DNA of 64,000 nt, from positions 620,001-684,000 of the forward strand of contig NW_026515673.1 in NCBI RefSeq assembly GCF_025526975.1. The letters run 5' to 3'. The stretch is from Fimicolochytrium jonesii. Taxonomy: Eukaryota. Shown here one piece after another: positions 35,692-51,000 of this stretch. A model generated the notes under the pieces. That model made no database searches, was not told the origin of the DNA, and worked only from the letters and a program-made list of their open reading frames with translations. The first letter of the stretch is position 1. Every line of letters begins with the position of its first letter. A program made the position numbers and the translations under genes.

Positions 35692-37058
35692 CAGTCAGTG
35701 GACAAAAAGCTGTGTGCACCCCATATGGATTTCAATGACCGTTTCACAAAGCGCACCGCGCGTTTTGGAGCCGCAAGCTTGAGTATTGAAGCCAGCGACG
35801 AAGCCGTGATGGCGAAATGCACGCCAACATCTTCACCACCTCAGCTATGGGGAAACCTCTCACACCACAAAAAAGGGCAGCCATAGTTGCCCTCCATATA
35901 GCAGGCAAGACGACATCTGAAATTGCAAGGCAGGAGCACGTTCACAGGAATACTGTGAGGAACACTATTAAGAGGTTTGCGAACGAGAGTGCCACTGCAC
36001 CAACCGCCTATCAATCGAAGAAGCCAACAGGAAGACCAGCTAAGTACCAGCCTTCTGACAATGATTTGGCTGCCTTCCGCAGTATTGTCGTTGCTGACAG
36101 TAGCACTCGGGAGAAAACACTAAAACAGATCACTTTTGAATTCACGCAGCTCACCGGACTCCAGGTGTCTGCAAAAACAGTGCGTCGCTACCTACGGGAC
36201 CTGCTCTATCTCACCTCGCGTTTCAAGGTCCGAAAGCCACTATTGACAGAGGACCATAAAGCAGCACGCCTTGCATTTGCACTGCAGCACCAAGACTGGA
36301 CGGAAGCGGACTGGTCTCGTGTTTTCTGGACTGATGAGACGTCCTTTGAAATTGGCTGGGTACCTAAAATGCGGTGCTGGCGCTTACGAACTGAACGTTT
36401 TCATCCCGATTGCATCCAGGGCACCAGGAAGAGTGGACGAAAAACATTCATGTACTGGGGAGCATTCATTGGAAATGCAGTAGGTCCAATGAAAGAGATG
36501 CAGCGTGTTCAGCGAGAGGGTCAAAACCGTGGAGGGATTAACTCTACTGCCTATGTGCAACATCTTACTGCTAACATGTTGCCGATGTGGCGGAATCTAG
36601 AGATTTTTCTTCCCAATCCTCTCTTCATGCAGGACAACGCCCCTATTCATACATCGGCTGAAACTTGACAGTTCTTTGATGAACACGGCATTGAGCTTCT
36701 TCCCTGGCCAGCGCAGAGTCCAGATCTTAATCCGATTGAGAATCTGTGGGCAATGCTCAAACGGAAGGTATCGAAAGCGAACCCTACCCCTGGAATGTTG
36801 GACAACGTTGTGCAAACTATATGGCCCACAATGCAGCCGCATCTTGATGCATTGACACGGTCAATGCCATCAAGAATGGCAGCCGTAATCGCAGCCAATG
36901 GGGGGACAACTAGGTATTAGCGAAATTCAGATCTAGATCCATTCATTTAGGTCAGGTTTCGCAATGCCCCAAGATTAAGGATGATGAGTTGATGTCGCGC
37001 AACGCGCCTCAGACACTGACTTAATCTGGCATGCACACAGCTTTATGTCCACTGACTG
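35692..37058 (+). mobile_element. Tc1/mariner DNA transposon (DD34E), full length, 1367 bp
   Basis: 27-bp TIRs CAGTCAGTGGACA(A/T)AAAGCTGTGTGCA at 35692-35718 and 37032-37058 (one mismatch). TA target duplications at 35690-35691 and 37059-37060. Confidence 0.97.
35847..36920 (+). pseudogene. Tc1 transposase interrupted by one in-frame TGA (36666-36668)
   Basis: HTH N-terminus, GRP, WSRVFWTDET and FMQDNAPIH. The same frame continues past the TGA as WPAQSPDLNPIENLW...GGTTRY*. Confidence 0.92.
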
Positions 37059-37919
37059 TACATACAGTGCCTTTCAACCTTCGTAACTTGTTAAGGACCC
37101 TTAGCCCACCCAAGCCCACCCATGCCGTCGATGTACAGTGGTGTGGAGGATATGAGCCTGCGGGATAGCGTGCATCGAATTGAGTGACACAGCCTGAGGA
37201 AGACTTCCCAAGACTGTGGTCTCCATGTGCCACTGGATTGGCTTTCAGGCTTCTTTTGCAGTCCACTCCGACCAAGCGGGGTGGGCCATTTACCAACCTC
37301 TTCCTGAGTTTCCTCTTCTCACGCTGGTCAGACCGACAGGCATTGGCCTACATGCCCTGCCGCATCATCGATATATGCAACTAGCCATATGGGAACGTTT
37401 CGAGTTCAAATAGAAAACCTTTGCCATTATCAAGACTTTCCATGGAAAGACTGTGCCTTGTACCAACAGTCAACAGGAAGAGTCGGAAGCGAGGGGGCGA
37501 AGCTGCACGTGGTATGCAAGGAAGAACGTACATACAGTATACTGTATGGCCGGGGTCCAAAAACCTCAACGATCAGTTGTGTATTGGAGCCAGTGTTTAG
37601 CATGGTTCCCGGCGACGGTCCATTTTCCTCATCAACCGAGATTAGGCGGCGGCACAATTAGCGCGCGATTAGTTTAGAAGACAGTCTAGAAGCTCGACTT
37701 TCGGCTCGGTGATCATACAGTAAGAGCCGCGAGACACGTTGAAGCCACGTTGAATTTGAAGCTCGAAGTGGCCGTCATCCTTTGCGGGGTCTTCAGCTTC
37801 ACACTCCAGCGCTCGCTGTTCCGCCCGGCACTTCGCATAGCCAGTGTCTTTGTAAACGATCGAGACGAACCAGCCGCTTCCTGGTCACTTTTCAACCGCT
37901 TCCTTGCAAACTTGTCCCC

Positions 37920-38918
37920 ATGAGCGACCAGAGGGCCGCTTCTGTGACTGCAAACCCCGCGACCACCGCGCTGCGATCGCCGTTCTGCATCGAAACAGGT
38001 ACGCTCAGAAACTCTTCGTTGTATACCTATGCAGGCCTATGGGGAGGAACTAGTGGAGTGGTTCCATGGTTGGGGCAAGAAGGTGGCAGGGAAAAGATTC
38101 CGGAGACTGGGAAACTCAACGCCGTTTGCGTCCTGTCATCCAGAGGAAAACCCAATAAAGGTTAACATCAAGAATGCCACCGAGCTGAAGCACACCTTGG
38201 ACGATGCGATAAAGCGGGTAAGTTATGCGAATCACCCAGACCCACTCACAGAATTCCCACTCACTCATCCCCATCCCCAGATCTTAGTCCTCGACCACAA
38301 ATTCACCGAATCCCACACCCACACCGACCGCCGCCTCCTCCTCGGCTATCTCTCCGTCATCTTCGCCGCCTACGCAACAGCCTACTCATACTACGTCCCC
38401 TTCCCGGAATGCAAAACCGTCCTCACCGTGTGCGTCGCGGCGTACTTTGCACTGAATGGGGCGATGGTTGCTTATATCCAGTTTGTGGAGAGGGATACGC
38501 TGTTTGTGGGAGTTAGGAAGGATACGCTGATGGGAGTGGTAAGTACAGATTTCCGTTAGTAGGCGATTCGTTGCAACTTAGATCTGCCGCTGACGACTTA
38601 TTCTTTGTACAGAATCCAGACGAGAAACTGACCGTGAAAACGGAAACGCGCGCATCCACAGCCGAATACAACATCACCCTCCAATTCGCCAACGCCTCCA
38701 CCCCAGCCATATCGTCTCCAGCAGCATCAGTAAAGACATCCACCAAAAAGAAATCAGCAGCGGCATCAACGATACCGCGTGCGAAGAAGCCGAAAAGCGA
38801 AATCGTGGTCAAAAAGTCATATGGCGACTTTTTTGATGTCGAGGGCACGTTTGTACCGCAGGCGTTGGTGGATGCGTTGGCGAAGGGGATTGCTGCTGGG
38901 GGTTTGAAGTTGGAGTAG
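37920..38918 (+). CDS. SPC2: Signal peptidase complex subunit 2 (multi-exon)
   Basis: ELKHTLDDAI, FTESHTHTDRRLLLGY, two TM segments, AYFALNG and FFDVEG. Confidence 0.9.
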
Positions 38919-39682
38919 GGGGAAGGGATACGGGAGGGCTCGTTGCGAAAGGGTGCTTGGGCGCTTGGAGTTGAGAGACGTGCCTTCCACCGTGGAGGTG
39001 GCGGCATCAGCCGGACGATGGGCCGTGACGAATGACTCTGAGAGCATGGGTCAGTTCACAACCATGCCACGCAACGACCGGCTGGAAGGCGGGGATGACT
39101 ACTTCCGAACAGGCTTGCACATACTGGGGAGCCGCCCCATCCACTGGCAGAGAAACAGCGCCTTGATAGCATAGAATGGGCACTCTCCTCCGCGCGCACA
39201 TTGCGTGTGGTTGTCGCATGTGGTGGCGACGCGGAACATGTGGCATATGTACATTACTATGGCACAATGATTATGTGTTTACTTGTATACCAGTCATACA
39301 CAATAGTACACACAAAGAGAGCATACTTAATCTGCATCGGAACTGTATTCTGAAGATGGGAGTCAAACCAAGGATATGGTATGTGTATATGGTATGCAAA
39401 ATGGAAGCTGCTGTATCCTTTGCCTCTGTTTCGGGAAACGACGGCGGCTATGGCTATATTGCACATGGGATCGGTTCTCCCACACGAAGAGAATGCGAGA
39501 GGTCTCCGGGCTGCAGCGCGGCCGGTCCACATGCGTGCGGCGGGATAGATACGAGCTGACGCGATGGCGGATGCGGGCGTGGCCCATTCGTCCTGGTGGG
39601 TGGCAGAAGCCGCGGCTGTGTCCGGCGGCCCAAGGAGCGCAATTGAGGTGCCGCGTGAATGTCTGACCATGACTATGGCGCT

Positions 39683-41656
<1,974 letters not shown>

Positions 41657-42610
41657 ATTGACTGTCTGTCCCTAATTTGTCGCGATTCTGAGTGAGCGGT
41701 AGCGGCGAGTCTTGGGACGTTCCGCGTTATATCGAACGGTAAAGGTTTCCTTTCATGCGACCCGGAGCGTTGATGCTGACTGAGTAAAGCGTTTCCTCTG
41801 GGGTTGGCTGCCTAAATATGCGATGGCTCTAGGTGCAAGTGGACCGAACACAAAATGGTTGGCGGGTTGGACGAGTGTGGGCGGTGCGGGTGATTGCGGT
41901 GACGCCGAGACAAGCGGTGAGTTAGTCAAGGCAATTTAGAGGGCACCAGTTGCGTACGGCGTATGCTGCCAGTCCTGTTCTGCTAGTGAGTACTAGTGCA
42001 TATGTAACTGCTTGAAGGTGCAGCAGCCAGATGCTTTGAGAAGGCAAATGGAAACGGTTGAGCGAAGAAGCGCTTGGAAGGAGACTCGAGAGCCGCTCGC
42101 GCGGTGCTTTATCGGCTGCGTATTCTCGCGCTGTGATTTATCTGTTGGCCGCCGTGCTTTCCCGCAGTCCCTTTTTCTTTTGGACTCTCATTTAAGCGTG
42201 CAAACAATGATGGCATTGGCAAGGGGAGAGTTCGTTATGCACTATGGCACCTTCTCGGTCTTACTTTCTGGCATCAGGATGCATCTCGAAAGTCCCGCTG
42301 CGTCGTTGATGATGATAACTTCCTCCGGGTGGGTTGTCCGTCTCATGAAACATGCCTATTGACATGTCTCTTTCGCGTCGCTGCATGCCCAGCTTGTGCC
42401 TACCCTGTTCCTCTTTTCTGAGATGGCTCTCTCGGCGCAAACGTAAATTTCATATAGATATGTACGTAGGGCTTCGTGGTGCATGGCAGTCTTTTCTCGG
42501 ACTGTCTTTTGAGACGAGAGCAAGCGCGTTGCATCCGACGCGTTTGTCAAGCAAGAACCAGAGCCGCCCTTTTCATCCTTTGCCATCTTTCTATATCGAT
42601 ATCTAGGATC

Positions 42611-43038
42611 ATGTTCGCTACCAAAGCTCTATGGACGTGGGGGTTGACGGCTGCTACAGCATTCATATGTTTCCTGGAGGCATCATCAGCCCTTGCTCAG
42701 GTTTGTCACTTTATTTCTGCTTAGTATGTGCTACGTGAATTTCTGACAATACCTGGCTTGATTCGAATTGCTGGCAACATCATTAGGGCACGGCTGAAGG
42801 CATAATGGCCCCTCCGTCGATGCAAGGAAGCAATCTTGGCCGTCGCAATGCTAGAGAGGAAATCCCAGATTTCATCACCAACCCGCGGCTAGCCACCGGC
42901 GCGAGCGTTCGCAACCACCAAGTAGTTGGTACCAGAGCCGTCGAAGATAGCGCCGTTACCCAGCCGGAGCTTGGAGGGCCCACCGACGCCGATGAAAGGA
43001 AGTTCAGGTTCAAGCGGACGGTAGATGACGAGTTGTGA
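42611..43038 (+). CDS. Putative small (~113 aa) signal-peptide protein ending DDEL
   Basis: Exon 42611-42700 encodes MFATKALWTWGLTAATAFICFLEASSALAQ. A GT-AG intron at 42701-42786 joins it in frame to exon 42787-43038. Confidence 0.55.
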
Positions 43039-43550
43039 AGTTGGCGAGTCGTGCGCTTCGTAGAAGAGCAGTGCACCTGATATCCAAAAGCACATGAGAA
43101 ATGGAATCGGGATGTTTGTATTAGCACAGTGCTCGGCAAGGTGCCGAAGTACATCAGACATTGCCAATCATCCTTTGTTGGGTTCCCGACGTTCGTCAAC
43201 TTGCACTCTTTTATAGAAGACATGGAACACATTCTTGCATATACCTGAACCCGCTTAGTAAATCACTTTGTTCAGAGAGTAAATGGCCATGTTAATATAC
43301 TACGTTATACAAGACTGAGGAGAAAAGCGTGAGGAGCGCATATTCGTAGGATGCCGCATCCGTCTGTCGCGATGAAGGCCGACGCGTTGGGCGCGGAATG
43401 ACAGCGGCAGTGGCTTGTGCGTGCTGCTTACGTGATGCGCTTCTCCTCTTCCTCTTGATAAATGCTCGCTGGAACGCTTGGGCTTTTTGGGTGGATTTTA
43501 GACGCTATCGGGTTCACCCTCCAGTAGCTAGCCACAGGGAAGAACTCAGC

Positions 43551-46500
43551 ATGGCTGCCTCGTCCTCCCTCACCGCTCAGCTCAAGCAGCTCGCGGGGGC
43601 TCATGTCCCCGGCTCCTCAAAGGGAAGGGCCTCATTGCTGTTCTCGGCGAAACAGGCCGCCGATATTGACTCCGACAGCTTGTTCGACATCGGTCGGGCT
43701 GCGTTGACTGACTTGTGCACACACAACTTGGCCTTTGGAGAGTTTGAAAAGTCTCTATTTTCCGAGGCGTTCAAGAATTTGGATAGGAGTTTGCAGGTAT
43801 GGTTTCTGGCGAAGACCAGGTCAATTTAGAAGTCAGATTGCGGAGGGAGTCACTAAAGGCATGGGCCTCCTTTCACGTAGACAAAAGAGGAGAACGTTCT
43901 CATCGACAACACCATCGCAAAGTTCTTGCGTCTGCTGTCGCCTCACTTCTTACTCCAAAGCTCATTCAAAGCACTCGAATGGCTTATCCGGCGCTTCCGG
44001 GTCAACGAACTCAACGTCGACCACATGATGGAATGTATACTGCCGTACCACGAAACGAAACAGTTCGTGCAGGTCGTTGCGATCTTGGGGCTCGAAGATA
44101 CATCCCGATGGGCTTTCCTCAAGGGCATCCAAAAGTCGAAGGTCCCTCTGGATCGAGTTACCCTCGTTCAACGCCTGAAGAACGACAAATCAATCTTGCA
44201 ATTCATTTGCGATATGGCTGCAACCTCACAAACGAACAACATCGTCAATAGGACACTCTGGACCTTCTTCGCTTGCACCCTCATCCAATACGTGCAATCC
44301 CTGACTGTGGTCAGCGATGAGAGCATCCGCGTCTTGTTTGCGCCACTCCTCACGTTGTTGACGGTAGCAAATCCGCAGTTCGCGGACTTGCTTGTGACAT
44401 CTCAAATGGTCTTCACGCAAATCGCCAGTCGAACTCCTCTCAATCCCGAGATTGTAATTGCGATTGTTCAGAACACCGTCTCTGGCTTGAACCCCGGGAA
44501 TCTGCATAATGCTCTGATTTTCTTGTTGACGATATACCGATCACAGAACCTCGAGACGTTCCCCACCGCGTCTCTGGAGAAGCTCTTGGCACAGCCTCAG
44601 GCAGCAAATGTCGTAGCCCAGTTGAATGCGACGTATGAAGCGGATGCATTGCTTCGTGCGATCCTGACCACTGCCGTACAGCACCTCGCAATAACGGAGC
44701 AAAATGGGGCGAAGGTGGAACACTTTGTCAGCGTACTCATTAAAAAAGGGAACCCTACATTCGGTCTCTTGAAGAGTTTCGTAGCTACGACCTTCGACGT
44801 ATATCTGGAAGGGAAGGCGAAGCAAAGGATTGTGGGTGGAGGAGCGCGCTTGAGAAACGTACTCAATATGCTCCAGAACTCGCATCCGGGACTCGTTGAT
44901 AACGCCCTGGAGCACAAACTCCAGGATGCCGGGATTGCTGGCAACAAAGCTCAACGGGAGATTCTCTACGACTTTGTTTCTACCTCTTTCAAAGGTACTG
45001 CTGGTGAGGTTCTGAAGGACTCCAGCACAACATTATATCTCAGCTTGCAACACGTGGATGTCGGTATTAGAGTACTCGCTTTGGAGAAGCTCGGCCAGCT
45101 GATCGCAGCTGGCGATGCGAAGAGCTTCGGCGACCTGGAGCACATCATCCTGACCCGCCTGCAAGATAATGACGACGTCATCGTCAAGGCCGTTTTCGCA
45201 CTCCCGAACCTCACTTCTCTCGTGAAACCCACTAACCTGACCCGAGCAATGCAAATGGTCCTCCGATCCGAATCGGTGGGCGCAAAGAATAAGATCCGCG
45301 CTTTTGATCTATGCGCTCAGCTCCTGGAAGCGTCCCCGAACGCGTCGGCGGACACTAAGGTCGATCTCCTTCCCTTCTTTTCCCTGACGAATGGGAACAG
45401 GAAAGTTGTGAAACATGCTTTCGCGGCTGGCCAGAAAACGGCTCTGGGCAGCCTTGTGGCTGGATTGGAGACACTCGCGGACAAAATCGAAGTCAGTGAG
45501 GGCAAAGCTGCGAAGGGGAAGAAGACGGGGTCTGTCAAGGAAGTTGCTGCTAGTGCGTTGGAAATCTTGGCCCGCAATGCGGTCAAGGCCGGTGTGCCGG
45601 CAACCGAGTTGTACGTTAAGGGTTTGGCTTCTGACAGCCAGATCGGACGCACCCTTAGCGCCTTGGTCCTCGTCCGCTCGCTTGGGTTGAGGACGCCGTC
45701 GGAGCGTCTTGTGCTTGCGGCGCAAATCATTCCTGCTCTGTTCGACAAACTTACTACCTTTGAGCTGAATGATGAGTCACCGGCGGATGTGACCTGTGCA
45801 TCTCGAACTGGAGTCCCGTCGGATGCGGCTTGGACCTCTATTATCTCCCTATCGCAAGCCGAATCTGCCTCTGGCGCGTTCGATGCGGTCATCCTCATGG
45901 ACGCTGTGCAGAACACCATCGCGCTTTCTGTGAAACCGACCGACGCCAGCGTTTCCTGGTTCGGCGCTTCAACCGCGGACACCGCGTCATACGAAAGCTT
46001 TGTCGTCATGCTCTTCGAGCGAATCATGGCCCTCAACTCAACGCAAGCCCGCGAAACTCTCCTGTTGAGCGTTATCGAACATCATCTCCGCATGAACGTC
46101 GTTGATTTCTGTGCCGCCTTCGCAAGCCGTCAAGACTTCTCTGCCCCATCGAGAGCTGCTGCCTGGACTGTAGCTGCAGCCTACCTGAAAATCACCGCAG
46201 ACGACTCTGTGCTGATGAAGTACGACTATCAGCTCGTCGTCCCATGTCTCCTCGCTGCTCTCGTGGACGAGAACGCCTCTGTCCGACAGGCTGCCTTGAA
46301 CTGTTTGCAATCCATCAAGCTGAACTACACGAAATGTCTCGGAGAAAGTAAGAGCAAGGGCAAGGGGCACAAGAAGCCGAATGTGCAGATCTTTTCCTAC
46401 GACCAGTTTTACGGCAAGTCGACCGAGTCAGTGCAGTACTTGACCACGGATGCTGCGGCTAGCTTTGTTGCGACCTTGTTGGAAGGCGCGGAAGAGCTCT

Positions 46501-49500
46501 CGACGGATGCCAGTTTCTTGGACCGGTACATCCTTGCGCCGTTGACTGCAAAAGGGTCCAGCAAGAGCGGTGCGCACTACAAGGAGGATCTCTTGTCCTT
46601 CCTTCTTACGAACGTGCTCGCCATGCCCATCACTTCAGCGAAAATCGCGTTGTTGAAGATTTTAGAGAGCGTCGACTCCCCTCTCAAGATCAAAACCCTC
46701 CTACCCGCGTTGGAAACCACAGTCAAGACGCTCCGTGACTCGACCACCACCAGGACGGATATGGAGGAAGCTGCGCGGTTGATGGCTATACTGGTGAAAT
46801 GCTTCACCCCGGGGACCATGGCGAACCTGTTCAAGCAGAAAAGCGACAAATGGACCCGCGCGTTCTGCCAGCTGCTCGATTCTCGCGAAGTCGGTGCCGT
46901 CGCAGTGGCTGACTACCCATCTGTGTCGTTGCTGGCTCTTGAGCAGGTCCACCAGGCTGCGTTTGGCTTTATCCCCGTCGATCGCCAGAACGAGATTTTC
47001 TCTGCTGTTGTGAAGTTGGCTTACGACGGTGACAGCGATACCGTCCAGCAAGCAAAGGAGGTGCTCAGGAGAGTCGATATCACCTGGGAACTTGTCGCTG
47101 CTCAGTTTGCGACGTGCCAGAAAGCCCTCAAGGCCACTGAAGGCCGCCCGGCGAAGAAGGGCAAGACCGGAGTCGCCGAGACGACGGACACGTTCTACCG
47201 CTTGAGCGCGCTGCTGGAGACCCTGGAATACAAGCAGAACGTGGCAGAGAAGCACAAGCTCGTCGGACCGCTTTTCGAGCTCTTAAGCTGCATCCTCAAC
47301 GCCGAGATCTCCAACATCCCCGGTTCCGTCGAATACGTCAAGCAGCTTATTTTCTCTGTTGCTCTCTCGCTATTCCAAGCTGTTAAGGAGCACGGACTCT
47401 ACGTGGACGAAACATCCCTCCGCGTCGACTTGATTGTCCAGTGTATTCGTGTCACCGATAACCCGCAAACCCACAACGCCTGCCTGCTCCTCATGGCGGC
47501 CATCGCGACCGTCTACCCTGAGAGCGTGCTGCTCAGCATCATGCCCGTGTTCACCTTCATGGGCGCCAATGTCCTTCGACAGGACGATAACTATAGTTTC
47601 CACGTTATTCAGCAGGCTTTGACTACCATTATCCCGGCTTTGGTTGCCAAGTACCATGTGGACAACAAGGACAACAAGCAGCAGATGTTGCACGAGGTCA
47701 AGCCTATTGTCGGCGTCTTTGTCGATGCGCTTGTGCATATCCCCAAACACCGCCGCTTAAGACTGTTCACGGTGCTCATCTCGACCTTGGGCCCGGACGC
47801 GTTCTTGGATATGGTCATCCTACTGCTGCTTGCCAAGCATTCTAGCAAGAACAAACTTCCTGCCCACGGCACTGAGGGCCTTGTGGAGTTCATTTTGTCG
47901 CTCATTGTGCAGTTCTCGGTCACGACCCAGCTTACCGCCCTGACCTCGATGATCCAGACTGTCTCCGGTCTGCCGTTCGATCAGAGCGAAGTGGATGGCA
48001 GCGACTCGCGGATGGCGGTCGATCACGTCGGCATCATCGACCCCAGCGCGCATTCGGCCAAAGAGTTGCGACAGCTCAAACTTTCCACCGTCGACTTCGC
48101 CAACCGCCTCCTCGGCAACAAGCAGTTCATCACCAAAGCGCTTACTGTGCCGGACGCGGAGATCGAGGCGTATCTCTTGGACCTCATCGAAGCCAACCTT
48201 TTGTTCATCACGACGATCAACGCACACCAGGCTTTTAATGGGAAGAACGCCAGCTCGGCCAGTGGAAAGTTTGCTGTGACATTGAACAACGTCCTGTATG
48301 ACGTTCTCGGCAAAGCCAACGGGTTACTCTCTGTGCCCGCGTTCCTGAGCGTCGTGTCGAAATTGATGAAGCACGACAGCCACTCCATCCGACGCAAGGC
48401 CATCAACTTGCTCGACAGCAAGGTTACGGCCATCGCGGACGATATTGACGAGAGTCTTTTGCCTGAGTTTACACGCATCGCGGAAGACCTGCGCGTCATC
48501 GTCGTGGATGCCGACGAGAGCGGGGACGCGTTGGAGGATAAGCAGACTGCGCTGTTGTGCTTGACCACGATGGCGCGTATCATGGCTAGCGACGATGTGG
48601 AGACTTACGTGAAGATCCTGCAATCGATCATCAGCGAACATATTCTCTCCTCCAAGAACTCGCAGATCGCCGCGTCGGCTATGGTCTGCCTCACCGCCAT
48701 TTGCGTTCAAGTCGGATCAAAGGTGTTGTCGTTCCTGCCCAAGTTCATGCCGGCCATTCTGAAGAACCTGCAGAATGTTCTAGACTCGCAGGATGCAGAG
48801 GCAAAGCAGCTGATGGTCCTGGGATCCCTCGGCTCGCTCGACGCGCTCGTGGACACGGTTCCGCAGTTTGTTAGCCCGTATGTGTACACGATCCTGGAGC
48901 TGGGATTCAGGGTTGCGTTGGTAAATGCCAAGAATGGCGGCGTCCAGGACCGCGTCTCGGAGAAGAGCAACGAGCTGTTGACTAATGTTGCGGAGAAGGT
49001 CGCGCCTAGGATCATGTTGCCCGCCATCTTCACCTACCTCAAGACCGCACTTCCAGCCGGCCGCCATTCGATGCTGGCGCTGTTCGACCTTGTGGGCAAG
49101 ACCATCTCGCACATGTCACGCACCGACCTCACGCAGTATAGGATGGAGCTGTTCCGGTTCTTCTTGGTTGCGTTTGACTACCGACGTATCTACGCTGACA
49201 CGGTGACTGAAGACGACATTGAGACAGTGGAGAATAGCATCATCTCTGCGTTCTTACAGCTGGTTATGAAGCTGAACGAGACGCTGTTCAAGCCGTTGTT
49301 CTTGAAAATGGTCGACTGGGCCACTTCGGAGCTGCTTGTGAAGCATGGTCTGAGCGAGAAGGACGTCAACGCTCGCCAGCTGTTCTTGTACCGCCTCGTG
49401 GACAGCTTGCTGGGCAGGCTCAAGTCCATCTTTGCCCCGTACTACGCCTACGTCCTCACCAACTCGATTACCAAACTGGAGGCGTACAAGGAGAGCAAAA

Positions 49501-50071
49501 AGACCGACGCATTGTGGATCAACATCGTCAGCTCTCTCCACAAATGCTTCCTGTACGACAGCGACGGGTTCATCGACGCCGACAAATTCGAAACCCTCCT
49601 CCACCCGCTCGTCGACCAGATCGACGCGTTGGACGTTAACGCCAAGGACTACATCCCGCGCGTCACGCGGTACCTCGTGCCTTGTATTGGCCAGTTGGCG
49701 GTGACGGTTGGCAAGGACACTTTGTGGAAGCCGCTTAACCATCAAGTGCTGATGAAGACGAGGAGCGAACATGCCAATGTGCGGCTGGTTGCACTGAAGG
49801 TGCTGCAGGAGCTGTATACGAGGTTGGGAGAGGAGATGTTGATCTTGTTCCCGGAGACGATTCCTTTCTTGGCTGAGTTGATGGAAGGTTCGTATTGAGT
49901 TTGATGTATTGATGGGTTGGAAATGTTTTCGTTACGATGAACCATACTCAACCCAATCCTTCTCCTGAATCATTAGATACGGACGAGGAAGTCGAGAAGG
50001 CCTGCCAGGATGTGTGCGCACAGATCCAACAGTACATCGGCGAAGATATCCAGCAGTATTTCTCGGCGTAG
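43551..50071 (+). CDS. UTP10: U3 snoRNA-associated protein 10 (HEATR1)
   Basis: MAASSSLTAQL...ASLLF, LLSPHFLL...KALEWLIRRF, LPYHET, BP28CT-like KLNETLFKPLF and PETIPFLAELME. Introns at 43797-43880 and ~49889-49977. Confidence 0.96.
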
Positions 50072-51000
50072 ATGAAGAGTGATCTCTCGATGGGCTCATC
50101 AATCGATGCGGGCCCAACGGGCAAGACCCCTCCCATTTTTGTGTAATTTATGTAAACTAGCATCCTTTCCTATATATTCAGCCCTTCCAATACTTATGTA
50201 TTTCTCTCATCATTGGCATCATTTAGCATTTAGAGTTGTTGGTAGCGACAGGCATAGCAGGTCTCAATAACCTTTGGATTGGTGACGACGGTTTGGAACA
50301 GACGCGAATATGCTGCGCCGTCATTTAGAACAACGCGTCACGTCCAGTCGGCGGCGTAAGGAGTTCTCGTCAGTTATTTCTTTAAAATTGAAGGTTTTGT
50401 TGCGGCCCGTCAAAGGAGCCCTTTTGGTTGTCCGCCGTTGTGATGAGATCAGTCCAAGATGACAGCCTGATATCAGGAAGACCTGCAGGGTGCAGATGTG
50501 CAGATGTGCAGATACTAGCTCATTCGTGTGATAAGGAAGGAAAGGCGACGTGGTTGCGGAGGAGTTGGGAGTTTGACCGCGCAGACGTGCTGTAATAAGC
50601 CACATAAACTACGAATAAGCGGCCCCTCGCGCCTTCCCCCTCCTTTCCACGGGTTCTCGCGTCAGCCAGCCTTCCTTCGCCGTTCTCATAACCGCTCAAA
50701 CCCCACGGGGGGCCCGTAAACGTGCTTACTGTGCTTTGACGATACCCACACAGGCACCCTCTCCCGCTTTATCTGTCTCTGGTTTGCCGGACGCCCAGGG
50801 ACCGTCGTCGCATTCGGAAACTCCGCGTCATTCCTTTCGCCAATTTAGGGCACTTATCCGTTGAGCGGGAAGGGCTTTTGTTCTTTTTTGGGGCAAACTG
50901 GAATACGTAGAGATCAAGAACAGCCTGCCTAGTACTTGGCTTGCCACTCCAACCAACATTTTGAAACGTTTCCTGAGGAGGGCGGTACGCTATCTTCATT

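Noticed and set aside
36666..36668. In-frame TGA in the transposase as selenocysteine or programmed readthrough
   Set aside because: The position is not a conserved Cys and no SECIS-like element was recognised. A nonsense mutation is simpler.
37061..37700. Second transposon remnant next to the Tc1 element
   Set aside because: No TIR pair or transposase motifs could be identified.
42305..42425. Possible C/D snoRNA (ATGATGA...CTGA)
   Set aside because: The terminal stem is weak and I could not recognise an rRNA-complementary guide.
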